DNA of 64,000 nt from Octopus vulgaris (Eukaryota). Location of the stretch: positions 92,938,001 through 93,002,000 of the forward strand of contig OX597823.1 of assembly GCA_951406725.2 (NCBI GenBank), read 5' to 3'. The position numbers and the translations under genes were made by a program. Shown here piece after piece: positions 12,400 to 26,430 of this stretch. The notes under the pieces are model-generated. The model was not told the origin of the DNA. It worked only from the letters and a program-made list of their open reading frames with translations, and ran no database searches. The number at the start of each line of letters is the position of its first letter. The stretch's first letter is position 1.

Positions 12400-12587
12400 T
12401 AGTACTACTACAGCCAGATAAACGACGACTGCTCCCGACCTACAGCTTTCACCATCCCTAGCAGCACCATCCCCAATGTGACGTTTACGGCACCAACAAC
12501 GCTAGCATCCAGCATAGTGGGAATGCCGGCTACAAGTACAGGCAACGGATTATCCTAAATGACATGATCTATGTAAATACACATATC
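12400..12587 (+). repeat. Second, inverted copy of the 7573-7760 segment
   Basis: Direct alignment by eye; preceded by a degenerate (CTA)n tract as in the first copy. Confidence 0.92.
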
Positions 12588-12652
12588 TTTGACTGTATTC
12601 TTCTGAAGATAGGCGTTTGTGCATCGTTAGAAACATTATTTCCCATTTCAAT

Positions 12653-12770
<118 letters not shown>

Positions 12771-12805
12771 TAGAGAGAGAGAGAGAGAGATAAATAGATA
12801 GATAG

Positions 12806-12867
<62 letters not shown>

Positions 12868-13428
12868 GGAGAGAGAAAGAGGTTTTTAAAGTTTGATAGT
12901 TTTTACTCAATCAGAAAACAAGCTTTGGAAGTTGTCATTTTATGCGTGAGACAAATGAAATATTGGCGGAATTCTGGTTCAAGCACGCCATATAGCCTCT
13001 TCGCAAATTTGTATTCTGCACAAAGTTTTGCAAAGTTGTATTATGCAAAAACAAAAAAAAAAGAAACGAAATTGGCGCGTGATTTAAGACGTATTTGGCT
13101 ATTATTTAAACATATCTCACCACCACCTGTGTTTTATGCATTTAATAATCGAAAAATGACCACGAGGGTAAGTAGTTCCGTAACATTTTGGCTTGTTACT
13201 AAGGAAACAGGCAGCTATACACCTGTGGCTTTCGACTGAGTAAGATTACCCAAAATTTCCAAACTTTAAAAGCTATTAACTCTTTATCTATTGATTGATG
13301 GCGGAAATGAATTTCCTGTCATTGATTACAATACAAAGCTACATCAACACATCAAATATGAAATCAATTGGAACAAAAATTGAAGAAATTGAAATGTGGC
13401 TGCCAAACAGAAAATATCCAAATACACA

Positions 13429-13476
<48 letters not shown>

Positions 13477-13514
13477 CGTGTGTGTGTGTGTGAATATATA
13501 TAAATATATTTACA

Positions 13515-13608
<94 letters not shown>

Positions 13609-13639
13609 TATGCATAAACATATTTATATATATATATAT

Positions 13640-13707
<68 letters not shown>

Positions 13708-14167
13708 ATGGATAGATAGACAGACAGATAGATAGATATAGTTTTATGCAGAATAAAATTTACATAGTAGTCATCAACACATACGAAATCCTATCATAAT
13801 ATGTTTCTGCTAAGAAAACCGAAACTCATTAATTTGGTTTTGGTTTCTCCACAGGAAAGATCTAATGGCATTAACTATGAAAGACGGGTCATCAAACCTT
13901 CGCCACCCTGTCTCTTCTCTTCCCTATTGTTATATCTCCTCTCTCTCCCCCTCTCTCTCTCTCTCTCTCTCTTATTCTATATTTTATTTCCTCTATTTTA
14001 TTATACTGAAATCAATATATCAGTCTCTCTCTCCCTCTATCTCAGTTTCTTTTCCGATTCTAATTATATTATCATGCCCATCAACTCCGTGTTGTTTATG
14101 TGTCTCGCTGTCTTAATATACACGTTAACGCTACGCTCACAATTCCGCACACGTTCACGTATACAGA

Positions 14168-14207
<40 letters not shown>

Positions 14208-14266
14208 ACGAACAGACATATATACATATATGTATATACATATAGATAGATATATAGATATAGACG

Positions 14267-14308
<42 letters not shown>

Positions 14309-14646
14309 TACATACATTGTTAAATAGATTAATAAATGCATCTATGTATATGTATGAATGCGCATATAGACATATATCTATATGCATCTGCCTCCGTGTG
14401 TGGCTAAGCGACATCGGAGTTCAGTCTTAGAGTATTTATAGTATTAAAATATTGCTAGAGAAGTATTGAAGTAGGAAGACGAACAGATCGAAAGATAAGA
14501 TATAAATAGCGAAGGTCATAAAGGAGAAACGATATACATACATACATACATACATACATACATACATACATACATACATACATACATACATACATACATG
14601 CATGCATGCATGCATACATACATACATACATACATACATACATACA

Positions 14647-14680
<34 letters not shown>

Positions 14681-14681
14681 C

Positions 14682-14721
<40 letters not shown>

Positions 14722-14726
<5 letters not shown>

Positions 14727-15034
14727 CGTCATCGTGAATGACCAGGATATCAGATGTTGCTATACGTCGCTGGTCATAATGCGCTTGGCATTGTTTTAGC
14801 TTTCATGTGACGCCACCCCGCTGGCTAAGCGAGCAGGCCAACAGAAGAAAGAGAGAAAGTTGCGGCGAAAGAGTACAGCAGGACTCAGTGAACATCGACA
14901 CCTCGAACGCACATTGCGGCCCCGGGATCCTATCGTCCCGGGGCCCCGTCTTGTCGAGAGGCGGTCACGACACGAAACCGCGATCCTACAAGCGCGAGTC
15001 CGCTGCCCTAACCACTGAGCCATTGCGCCTCCAC
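14722..15034 (-). mobile_element. SINE family C (head GTGGAGGCGCAATGGCTCAGTGGTTAGG), tail type 1, middle replaced by a 5.8S rRNA fragment
   Basis: Same head and CT-rich linker as 35690-36045 and 49815-50182; A-box intact, B-box region truncated at GGTTTCG. Confidence 0.9.
14878..14966 (+). rRNA. 5.8S rRNA 3'-half fragment (non-functional, embedded antisense in a SINE)
   Basis: GCAGGACTCAGTGAACATCGACACCTCGAACGCACATTGCGGCCCCGGGA...TCCCGGGGCCCCGTCTTGTCGAGAGG aligns to metazoan 5.8S (GCAGGACACATTGA.CATCGACAC.TCGAACGCAC.TTGCGGCCCCGGG...CCCGGGGC.ACGCCTGTCTGAG), including the GC-rich hairpin. Confidence 0.88.
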
Positions 15035-15167
15035 TGACTAGGGAGATATTAATGTAATATAATGTCAAGCTCTGTGGAACATCATACTCAAGTCCCTAGC
15101 TAATCACTGGTAGCGACTCAGGACATGTTTCTATAACAATGTGCGTTTCATAGAGTATTTTGTGTCT

Positions 15168-15550
15168 TTTATCTTTTGCTTGATTCAGCACCACTTTGAA
15201 GACTTTCAGTCGAATGAATCGACTCTATTTTAAGCCTGGTATTTATTTTATCAGGTCTCTTTTTCGGAGTGCTAAGTTATGGGGACATAAATCCACCAAG
15301 ACTTGTTGTCATGTGATGGTAGGGTGACAAACACAAACACAAGCACACGCAGGTACACACACACACGCACATACACACATACACATGTACGGTGGCCTTC
15401 TTTCAGTTTCCGTCTATCAAATCCATTCACTAGGTTTTTGTTGTCCTGAGGCTATAGCAGAAGACAGTTGCCCCAGGAGCCACGCAATAAGACTGAACCC
15501 TGCGCAAAGCGGTTGGGAAGCAAGCTTGTCACCACGCATCCACGCCTGCA
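15168..15550 (-). mobile_element. SINE family A
   Basis: Tail, (CA)n, then CTTCTTTCAGTTTCCGTCTATCAAATCCATTCAC...CACGCCTGC head. Confidence 0.85.
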
Positions 15551-15711
15551 CGAAACTGGAAATATCCTTCTGTTTAGGAGTTTAAAGAACTTTGGAAGTG
15601 GCATTTGAGTAAACTTTGTCATAAAAGTAGCAGCATAAATGATAGATACATTGGGAAATCGGTTTAATTCGGAAACAATGTTTCATAATATCTGAATTTC
15701 TAAAAATATTG

Positions 15712-15890
15712 GGTCCAAATTTTGACACAAAGTCAGTAATTTCAGGGAAGTGGGTAACTCGATTACACCGGCCCCAGCGTACTCATTTTATTGATTTCGA
15801 AACGATGAAAGGCAAAGTCGATTTCAGCGGGCATTGAACTCGGAAAGAATTGACAGATGAAATGCCACCAAGAATTTTGACCGGCGTGGT
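15712..15890 (-). mobile_element. SINE family B, decayed copy
   Basis: GATGAAAGGCAAAGTCGA...TTGAACTC...CCGGCGTG. Confidence 0.75.
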
Positions 15891-16653
15891 TAAAGCTTAA
15901 AACTTCTAAAAATCTTGACACCGAGACATATATGGCAATTTCTGAAAATTTTCGTTTCTACAATTCTGTCTCTATAGTTCAACAAGAGTGACACAATCAG
16001 CGATTTAGTATAAAGTTAGACGTTCAAAAAAGAAATTTCCTTATCATTAAACTCGTAAATATATTTATTTCCACGAAAATCAGTGGAGTTCTGGAATTTT
16101 TAATGGTGATAGAATATCGAGTTTACCTTGTGGAATCCGTCTAAGTTGCTGCATAAAATGCTAGACAAGTGAATGGCATTGCGAAAATTAAAGTGTTTAT
16201 ATTCATCTTATATAAAACAATGGATACTTTTATAAGAGTGGAAAGAAAGTTGCTAGTATATATTTTCAATGGAAATAAGTTGAGAAAACTTATTCCGTTC
16301 ATTTTATATAAATAGCATTTTTATGTTACCCTTTGAGCGGTGATTTGGGGGAAAACTTACCGTTTAGTATTGCGTTTAAACGACAACCAATACATATCAA
16401 TATTTAAATAGTGTAGAGACTATTTGTGACTGAATTTTCACAAACATCATTTACTTATTTAATTAGTTTTTCGGGTGTAAGTTTTTATTTGACATCTAGC
16501 AGCACACTAAACGTGCAATCAAAGCTACAAGGGTGGTAATGTCCCCACTCAGTCTAAACTTTATCTACGGACCATGGTTTCTGGGTTATTTCTGTTCATT
16601 GGTAGAGGATAACCATTGGCTCGGTCATGGCAGCACTAGATCTTCTTCGAGGT

Positions 16654-16695
<42 letters not shown>

Positions 16696-17031
16696 CATTT
16701 TACGTGTGTGTACATACATACATATACATGTGTATGCGCACACAAACTGAGTCACATACATTACCATGAAAACAAAAAAAGAACGCAACATGAATAGCGG
16801 TCAGAGTCAACAATTATTGGAAAGGTATCAAAAGGCAACGAAAATTTTCGAATAATATATATAAGTAAATGAGTGGAAATTTCACCGGTGATTGTGTTAA
16901 ATTATAAGACACTAAATGAGAATGACTATCCAGACACAACAGTATACAGACACACACACACACACGCACATATATATATGATGTGAATGTATGTATGTAT
17001 GTATGTATGTATGTATGTATGTATACATGTA

Positions 17032-17082
<51 letters not shown>

Positions 17083-17146
17083 GTGTGTATGTGTGTGTGC
17101 GTGTATGTATATGTATGCATGTATGTATGTATGTATGCATGTATTT

Positions 17147-17738
17147 TCTGAGAGAGTTCGAGTTCGGGTCTGAAGACTGTGATCCAGAATTTGACGTGAA
17201 AAGATTGCCAACAATGAAACAAGGCAAATATTCTGTAATGGTATGGGGAACATTTTGGAGCAAGGGTCAATCATAGCTGGTGACTGTGAGGGAAACTCAG
17301 ATAAATGTGTGTCCATATTGTAGGAAGGACTCCTTCCAGTCTTCTGCAATGGTGAAATGATTAAAGAAGACCCTTTAATTATGGAAGATGGGACTCATCA
17401 AAAATCTTCTATGGCCAAGTAAGTATAAGAACCCTCTTGAATACCTAAGGAGTATAATGGACAGGAGACTTTGTAAAAAGAACACGAAAGCTTCATCAAA
17501 GCCAGATCTTTTGAGAATGCAGCATGAAACTTGGCAAGAAATTCCTCAAGACAATATTAGTCATCTGATCAGTAACATGCCTAATATAATCCTTGCATAC
17601 ATAAATGCCAAGGGCTTGTCTACTAAATATCCCACATTCACATTAAATTAATTAGTAAAATAATATGAACATATAGTTTCAAATTTAAATAAATTTTAAT
17701 GATTATAAGGCTGTCTATTTAGTTCTGTCATGTCTGTG
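17147..17738 (+). pseudogene. Tc1-family (DD34E-like) transposase catalytic-domain relic
   Basis: PTMKQGKYSVMVWG, LWPS..NPLEYL, ETWQEIPQDNISHLISNMP...INAKG..TKY; probable right end ...CTGTG followed by TA. Confidence 0.85.
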
Positions 17739-17745
17739 TATATAC

Positions 17746-17953
17746 TTTTCTACTCTAGGAACAAGTCCCGAAATTCTGGGGGAGGGGGAGTCGATTAGAT
17801 CGACCCCAGCAAGCAACTGATACTAAATTTATCGACTCTGAAAGTATAAAAGGCAAAGTCGACCTCGGAGGAATTTGAACTCAGAATGTAGATAGACGAA
17901 ATACCGCTAAGCATTTCGCCCGGCATACAAAAGTTTCTGCCAGCTCATCACCC
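17746..17953 (-). mobile_element. SINE family B, full-length monomer
   Basis: TTTTCTACTCTAGG...GTCGATTAGATCGACCCCAG...AAAGGCAAAGTCGACCTCGG.GGAATTTGAACTCAGAA...GCATTTCGCCCGGC...CTGCCAGCTC. Confidence 0.9.
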
Positions 17954-18050
17954 TATGTCAGTGTATAAAAGTGTGTATGTGTCTGTCTATATGCATGTAT
18001 GTATGTATGTATGTATGTATGTATGTATGTATGTATGTATGTATGTATGT

Positions 18051-18268
18051 AGGCGCAGGAGTGTGTGTGTGGTTAAAAGCTTGCTTCCCACCCAAATGGT
18101 TCAGTGTTCAGTCCCACTGCGTGACACCTTGGGCAAGTGTCCTTACTATGGCCTCGGGCGGAGCAGAACCTTTTGAGTGGATTTCGTTGACGGAAACTGA
18201 AAGAGGCCCGTCATATATATATATCGCCATGATAGATCGTTAGCCACAACACACACTTTATTTTCACT

Positions 18269-18318
<50 letters not shown>

Positions 18319-18490
18319 GTATTATGTATGTGTGTATGTATGCATGTATGCATGTATGTATGTATGTATGTATACATTTGTGTGTCTGTGTTTATCCCCT
18401 ACTATAGTTTGACAACCGAAGTTGGTGTGTTTACGTTCTAGTAACTTACCGATTTGGCAATAGAGACTGATAGAACAAGTATTAGTCTCA
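18051..18490 (+). mobile_element. SINE family A
   Basis: AGGCGCAGGAGTG...GTTCAGTCCCACTGCGTGACACCTTGGGCAAGTGTC, internal microsatellite, partial tail. Confidence 0.88.
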
Positions 18491-20021
18491 ACTGGAGCCA
18501 CAATTTTCTCAAACACCAAGGAACAGTAATTTTAAATTCACTGGTTTTCATTTAAAATGCAGCTAAGTTATTATTAGATTCACAGTAAAAATTATCATAT
18601 ATTCTCCAAATACAAAATATTGATATTTCTATCTTTAATTATTGGTTTATTTATTGAGTGTCTTGATAGTGAAGTTGTTATCTTAACGGATGTTATTTTC
18701 TATTCTAGATTCCAAATCCGATATATTTTATTTTTGATAATTTTATGTAACTAAACAATATTCTCAAATTTTGTTACTATTTACATTTTAAAATATATTT
18801 TTTTAATTTAAATATGATAATAAATTTTATACCAATCCAAATCATAAAATAACGAGTTAAAAATTGAAAATATTGATATGGTGAATATTTCGACAAACAG
18901 ACACAATGCAAATATATTTATGAATTACCGTTTAAACTACTGAATTTTGAAACGAATTTGGTTCTATAAGAAATATTAGACATAGAATTTCATACAATAC
19001 TCTTTGAATTCGGAATGTTTCTATTTTCATATCTATTTCTTTGTAGAATAATTTTTTAATGATGTTTTATTTACCATTTACTATTTTTGATTGATTCAGC
19101 ATGGCTTTTAGCTCTGAAAACAAAAGTGTTGACGATTGTAAATTCTTTATTGTTCATTGACATACCTGGAATCTTGTGAAACCTAAATAATTTTCAATTC
19201 TCAAGTTACGCCCACATTAGTAATAATGGACTGAACTCAATGCAGTCTATTATTATATAAGTATCATATTAATATGACAGTTATAATATTTCTAAACCAA
19301 GAAAATTGCCAATGTAAGCTGTCTGTCTTCAGTGATCACAGAATATTCTAGAGTGCATGATATTAAGTGCTTTTGAATTGAAATGAGATATCCATATAAT
19401 ACCCTTTTGTGGATAATTTACCTTAAAGTGATGTTATAACCATCGATACATTTTAACAATTGATCAATTAGTGACTACTGATGTCTTAGTAAGGAAACCT
19501 CAATATGAATATATATCTTTGGGTTTCATCGTGTGTTGTCAGTTTAACTAAAAGCATTTGCCACATCCGAGAATTATCCATTAGCATCGTTTGAAGTCGG
19601 CTAATACTTTTTATGTGGAATATAAACTTATTAATCATGCAACGGTATGTGTTATTATATTCGAATGGTGTAGAGAATTTGTGACTTTGCAACTATTTGA
19701 TGCTCTATTCATATATTTCTGCTAATATTTGTTAGATATGTATACTTCACCTTCCATTACATTCTTCTACTTACATCATATGTTACAGTTAATATGCAAA
19801 ATGGCCATCCAATGGAAAACACAGCTGATTATTATAATTCTCTTTGATAGAAATTTTGAACAACCGCGCTTAGACCAATGCGCACATAGAGTCATATATG
19901 TGTTACTTGTCCTATTTTCCATTTGTTTCTCTCGCTGTTTGCGTATTGAACTCATTTATTTTCGTATTTCATGTTGTTTACTGTTGGTGACTTCCTGTAC
20001 CTATATATGCATACGTGTATA

Positions 20022-20123
<102 letters not shown>

Positions 20124-20132
20124 TATATATAC

Positions 20133-20205
<73 letters not shown>

Positions 20206-20289
20206 TACATATATATATATATAAAATAAATATGTAATATATATATATATATATTATTTATGTAATATATATATATTATTTATATTATT

Positions 20290-20900
20290 ATTTGATTGAA
20301 CGCCAAGCATCGATTTCCTACTGAGTTTAACTTAATCTTTTTGATGCAACTCTACTCTGTACTGTGTTTGTCCCCCATCCGTTTCTCTAATTCCCTTTTT
20401 CTCCCCTTCACTGTTTTCTATCTGTCTCTTTCTCTCTCCTCTTTCTGATTTCTCTCTCTTGTTACTCACACGTGACCATCACCCGTCTTTCTTTACCTCA
20501 CGTGAGCTTCCTTTCTCTTCTTTCTTTTCTCTATTCATAGAAACTATTTCTCTAGCGTTCGCTATTTTACCCTCGTTCTGGTCTAATGGACCTTCATTTT
20601 TGTTTTCGTTCGATTTCCTTGTATATATCCAATGTCCTGCTTTTGTTCCCCAAATTTGACCCTCCATAAATCCCAAATTCTAACTTGGTACTTACGAGTG
20701 CAACTGTCTTCGAAGACTCATATTGTCGTTCAGTGCTGGAAATGAGGAGAAAATAAACAACCGACAACTGATGAAGAGTCGTTCCTTGTGCTATTTGTCC
20801 TGTTTTCCATTTCCATCTCTCGTTGTTTGCGTATTGAACTCATTTGTTTTATTTGTTTTCGTATATCATATTGTTTTCTTTTGATGACGTTCTGTAGCCA
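20290..20900 (+). mobile_element. Unclassified dispersed repeat, possibly Penelope-associated; related copies 19885-20000 (+), 44440-44632 (-), 56125-56700 (-)
   Basis: GCAACTGTCTTCGAAGACTCATATTGTCGTT matches the reverse complement of 44458-44488; TGTTTGCGTATTGAACTCATTT is shared with 19936; AACTGAYGAAG.GTCGTT is shared with 56253-56270. Confidence 0.7.
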
Positions 20901-20961
20901 TGTATGCATATATATATATATGTTTGTCCTCTCTATGTTTAGCCCCTTGTGGGCAATAAAG

Positions 20962-21020
<59 letters not shown>

Positions 21021-22526
21021 AAGATGGGACAACAAAACATCCAGATAGACGACACAAAGAAACCAAGGACGGGTCATTCGGAGTTTTCTTTCCTCAGTCG
21101 ACTACCAGACTTTCTTCACAATTTCGGCTGATTAAACTTGATCAATCTGGCCAGCCCAAAGAAAAATTAAGCTAAGATCATTATGTTCCTTGGAAGAAAA
21201 CAGCGAATGTATAAAAGAACAAGGACGGAAACAAACGGACAATGTTACACAAATACAATAAAAATAATAACAGGAAATAACAATAGGTGTCTTTCGAGTA
21301 AGGACAAATTAAATTAAGCCGTGTGTGGAAATAAAGCCTTACGATATACATATATACATATACGTGTATGTGTGTGCGTGTGTGTGTGTATATGAAAGTA
21401 TGCTATTAAAATAGGCATATTTAAGATAGCTTTTTAAAATCACTATGGATAAATTCCAGCGCTGATCTTAGGCTTTCCAATATTTTAAAATTATAAACAG
21501 AAACAATGGGGTGTGAAAAAAATCAGAAATTTTCAATTTTTTTTATTTTTAATTGCATAAACTCTGCTTATGGGGAAAAATATTGAAAAACATCAATACA
21601 TGCGACAGTGACAAATGTGGTCGTAGAATGTGCTAGAAACAACAGCTATATCATCTTTGAATCACTCCTTTTCTTGTGAAAAAATTTAATTTTCAAAATT
21701 TTTTACCGAAGTGTTTTCTTGGATAGATTTTAAGTGTGTACTACAAAACAATTTGACTAAAATCGGTCCAGATAAGAGGAAGGAGGGAGAGATGAGAGAA
21801 AAAAGTAGTTCGTGGTGGAAAATAACTTGGAAAAATCACCCTCAAAACGAAGAAAATCCAACATGTGGGTGTTCTGATTCGAAACTCTGCCTTTATTGAA
21901 ATTAGTCATTACTCATTTTGCCCCTATTTAGAGATCATATTTTTGAGAATGAAAAATGATTACATTAGATGTTAGTGTGGGGAAAACATTGACACGAAAT
22001 CTAACAGAGAAGAGAATATTAATTATTAAGCACCAAAAATTATCCAGATATTTTATTAGCAACCTCAATTACAATCGGGTCAAAGCTGACGAAATATTTT
22101 TTGAAAGAAAAGTACTTGTCACCTGATTGTATTTCAAACTCTCTCAGCTCCAATAGTAACTATGCTGACCAATTTTTACTCCCAAAGATGATGCAACAGA
22201 ACAAATGAGGCAATACTGGCTATGTGATAGTGTCAACAGGTAGGGGGAAAATAACAAGCAATCAGAAGTTAATTATTTTGTCCCGCGCCCAAAAGCAATT
22301 GCATATGCCTGACGAAGTGGAATGGTAGAAAATGATGAAAACTATAGTCAAACGAAAGAAAAAAAAAGTGGAATTTAATGAAAACCATTTGAAGGTATAT
22401 GCAATAATTTTAACAAACAAAAGTGTTTTTCATGGGCCTCTTAGATACCAGCATGGAGCCACGTATATGGACTGTAATGTCTAAGGATCCCACTTGCCAT
22501 CGGAAAACCTGACAACCTGGCCACTG

Positions 22527-22560
<34 letters not shown>

Positions 22561-22845
22561 TGTATGTATGTATGTATGTATGTATGTATAAATATATATA
22601 ACGATGAATAGCTTAGCGTAAACCATGGTCCGTTTTGTTCTCTTACTTTGTTATCGTCTTATAATCATCTCATAACAATGACTTTTATGACTCGTATTAC
22701 TACCTCAGTCAATCTAAACGTATATATTTGTCTTTATCTGTCATAAATAGCCTTTTTTATTTGCAATGTGCATTTTCGTTGATTTTCCATAATTTACCCT
22801 TACATTTCCACGTGTATTTTATATTTTCTTTTTGTAACATATTTC

Positions 22846-22897
<52 letters not shown>

Positions 22898-23083
22898 GTT
22901 TATTGTTTTCTCTCTCCATTTTCTTTCTCTCCTCGTCTATTTTTCTTGTATGGGAGAGGATGCTCGAAGCGTAAAACCTTTCTAATTTTCCTGGTTGCTC
23001 CTTTGTATTACCCCGACTTCCTGTTTTTCTCTATTTTTGTACTATACATGCTTAGATACACACACACACACACATACATACAC

Positions 23084-23118
<35 letters not shown>

Positions 23119-23289
23119 TATGTATGCATGTATGCATGTATGTATAAATGTGTGCGTGCGTATGTGTGTATATTTATGCCTGTAGAAAGATGAGCATATA
23201 TAAAAGTACATATATAGAATTTTAGATAAATTTATACATACATGCATTTTATATTAGTTCATATTTGATTAAAGTTTTGTCATCGTTCC

Positions 23290-25560
23290 AACATATCAAA
23301 CATATCATTGTGTTCCATGGTCTGCTTCTATTATGCATACAAAACCTATTATTTTTCATATTACCTACAATTTGGATCCACATATATTTCATAAATAATT
23401 CTGTCTGTTCATAATCTCACATGCATTCACTTCCCTCTGTTTCGGTATTTTCTAAGGTTATCAATTAGTTAGTTCGCATTACATATGTTATTCGCGGCTT
23501 TTACACATAATTCAATGCCATACATTGTATTCCTTGATATCCATTGATAAATTACATGAAAAAATACATATCGCGGGGTTCCTGTTCTTTACTATCCCTC
23601 ACATAGAAAGGAATTGTTATATTGTCACCATTATTAACTTGACTATTACGAACATGAGCAGTCTCATATAGAATTGACTGTATCGCATTTTCATATGATA
23701 ACTAGAATATCCAAGGAAAGATCTGATCAGGTCACGATACTCAATGCCTGATTGACTTTTGTAAGAAATATTATCAGTCCAGCTGGTACACAGAATCTTG
23801 TAGTTTATTGCTAATCTCTTCCTACCAATATTGTTATATTTGGTATTTAGATAATCACTGCTTACGCGCAGGTCAAATTATTAAACTTTTTATTCAGTTC
23901 TGTTCATACCAGTTCTATAATGTTGCTAAGATTGTCCATGTTCCTATATGTAATTTTTGCTTCCAAATAATTCGAAATTCTCACATTTGCCCGTATTTTA
24001 ATATTCTAAATTTCTTTCGTGAAATTCTTCAGTGAAAGCCCAATCAATACCATACCAAATAACCTCCAATATATCCAATTTTGAACACATTTCTGGTCGT
24101 TTAAATAATTACAGCAAAGAAAGCAGTTACAAATACAACTTACTTGTGATTACAAAATTTCTCGTTTATACTAAGTTATGTTAGCAACATTAATAATCTA
24201 CTGCGTCGACATTAAAAGTGTCTCTATAGATCCAACCAACTCACCACTACAAAATATGATAACAAAAACATATAAAACAAATATTAAGAAAGTTATTAAA
24301 GTATGTGAGCGAATATTAAAAATAGAGGAGCGCATCTTGCTATTGACAGAAAATTACATAATATTTAGTTGATAGTAGGAAAGAAATGAACGGAAACTCA
24401 AGCTGAATACCGTGTTTGAGACCCATAATAAGATAGTATACGAGAAGATCAATACAAAATAAAGCACTTTGAGAGAGATTGCGACGTCGATGGAGAATTT
24501 GTTGTTTTGGATGATCCAAGAGAAAAGCCGAATACAAGGCGATAGAAATGAAGAGAAAGGGAGAGGAGAGAAAATCTCACTAATATAATAAACATGGTAT
24601 TGCCAGGAGAATTAACAAACAAAATCAAGTGTGGTAACAAAATAATATTTTTGGTGATAGTAAACATCCCTATTTTGTAGTTAAACGAGTAATAATAGAA
24701 AGAATAAACTAGAACAATAGCTGCAACATCAAGTGATTAAATATACGAGATCGAAACCAAAGGAATATTAATCCCTCGATACAAAATTAGAAAAGATCTC
24801 AAAATACCTACAGAAAGATAACATGATAACAACTAATAAAGCCGTGGGGTCTTTATTATCTAATAGGTGTATATACGTGTCGGCGAGCATTCTAAGGATG
24901 AATGTAAATGGAGATGATAAACATGAATGTTATTAGACAATAAGAAAAGAAAAATAAACGTAGTTATGCAACGATTATTAGCGAAAAGATTTTCAATAAC
25001 ATAACGCACTTTGAGATAATGAACAGATGAAAAAGACAGCCCTAATACCGTGGCAGGTTATTGAATACGCTGAGTTAAAATAGAGATTATTAAGAATAAA
25101 AACAATATAAAGCTATTATGGGGGAGTCATTTTCCCATTAGACGAATACATTTTTAAGGTGATCCTTATTGGTGCCTTCTAATTGTATTTTATGTAAATG
25201 TAACAAATTAGCAAAACGAAAATGACATAGGACACTTATAATGTGAGAAGAAACATGAATCATGTATTTAGTTGAGATGTCGTATTATATAGCCAGCGTA
25301 TATATCAGCTAAGAAATATAGATGTATACATTGGATTAGTAATTTGTATAAACATATAGTCGAAGAAGAAAATGATTTGTGAAAACGCAACATATGAGAA
25401 GTGATATATGGACAGTGAAATGGCATCATTAGACTAACAACGAACACCATACAAGTGCGTATGTATGTATGAAAGTGATAAGAATGTAAACACAAAGATT
25501 AATGAAATAATAAAACAAAGGATTATGACTAACGTAAAACATTAAAAAAACACTATGTTG
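23290..25560. pseudogene. Very old LINE relic: RNase H-like part on minus strand (~23290-24100), RT-like part on plus strand (~24110-25560)
   Basis: Minus-strand HVIYQWISRNTMYGIELCVKAAN (23490-23558) resembles RNase H QWVPAH.GI.GNE.AD..AK; plus-strand YLQKDNMITTN (24805) and YGGVIFPL (25117) resemble RT motifs; A/T skew flips at ~24100. Confidence 0.4.
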
Positions 25561-26035
25561 ATACTGGAAACTTGTTCATAGATAATAGAAATCTTCCATG
25601 TAGTAAACTGTATGAGAAAACAAAGAAAAATATACTAGAAAGTATTAAATGCTAACCAGAAAGTATTAAACGTGAAACCGAAAGTATTAATGCTGATGTA
25701 GATTATGTATGATCACATACTCATAGAGATGTGTCTTATAAAATGACAGTTGTGGTTTAGCAAATGTCATAGTTTTTTTTTTTTGTGTGTATTTATTGAA
25801 AGGAGGATCTAGGTCGCTATTTCAGTACCGTTGTCATTGTTAAAGGAAATAGAGAATGCTATCCTCAAATCGCAGATCTACATCGGTTTTACTTATTGCG
25901 GCATAATCCACTAAATTCTCACAGATTCCCAGTGGTCTTACTACAATGTGAAATGGATTCAATCTCCAACCCAAGAATAAGAACGAATTTTGAGGCTTGC
26001 TTCTACGCCAGTGTGGGTCCTGTCAACCAAATATC

Positions 26036-26430
26036 CTTTCAACTATAGGCACAAGGCCCGAAATTTTGTGGGAGAGGGCAGTCGATTAGATCGACTCCAT
26101 TACGCAAGTGGTACTTAATTTACCGACACCCAAAGAATGAAAGGCAAAGTCGACCCCAGCGGCATTTAAACTCTTAACTTAAAGGCATACAAAATACCTA
26201 CTTCTTTACTACCCACAAGGGGCTAAACGCAGTGAGGACAAACAAGGAAAGACAAACGGATTAAGTTGATTATATCGACCTCAGTGCGTAACTGGTACTT
26301 ATTTCATCGACCCCGAAAGGATGAAAGGCAAAGTCGACCTCGACGGAATTTTAACTCAGAACGTAACGGCAGACGAAATACCGCTAAGTATTTCGCCCGG
26401 CGTGCTAACGATTCTGCCAGCTCGCCGCCC
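26036..26430 (-). mobile_element. SINE family B dimer
   Basis: Two cores in tandem joined at AAATACC|TACTTCTTTACTACCCACAAGGGGCTAAAC; intact head GGCGGCGAGCTGGCAGAATCGTTAGCACGCCGGGCG on the minus strand. Confidence 0.93.

Noticed and set aside
14878-14966. Functional rDNA unit
   Set aside because: Only the 3' half of 5.8S is present, with no 18S or 28S nearby.
20775-20800. CTGATGAAG as a hammerhead core (also ~56255-56270)
   Set aside because: I could not find a properly placed GAAA box or closing stems downstream.
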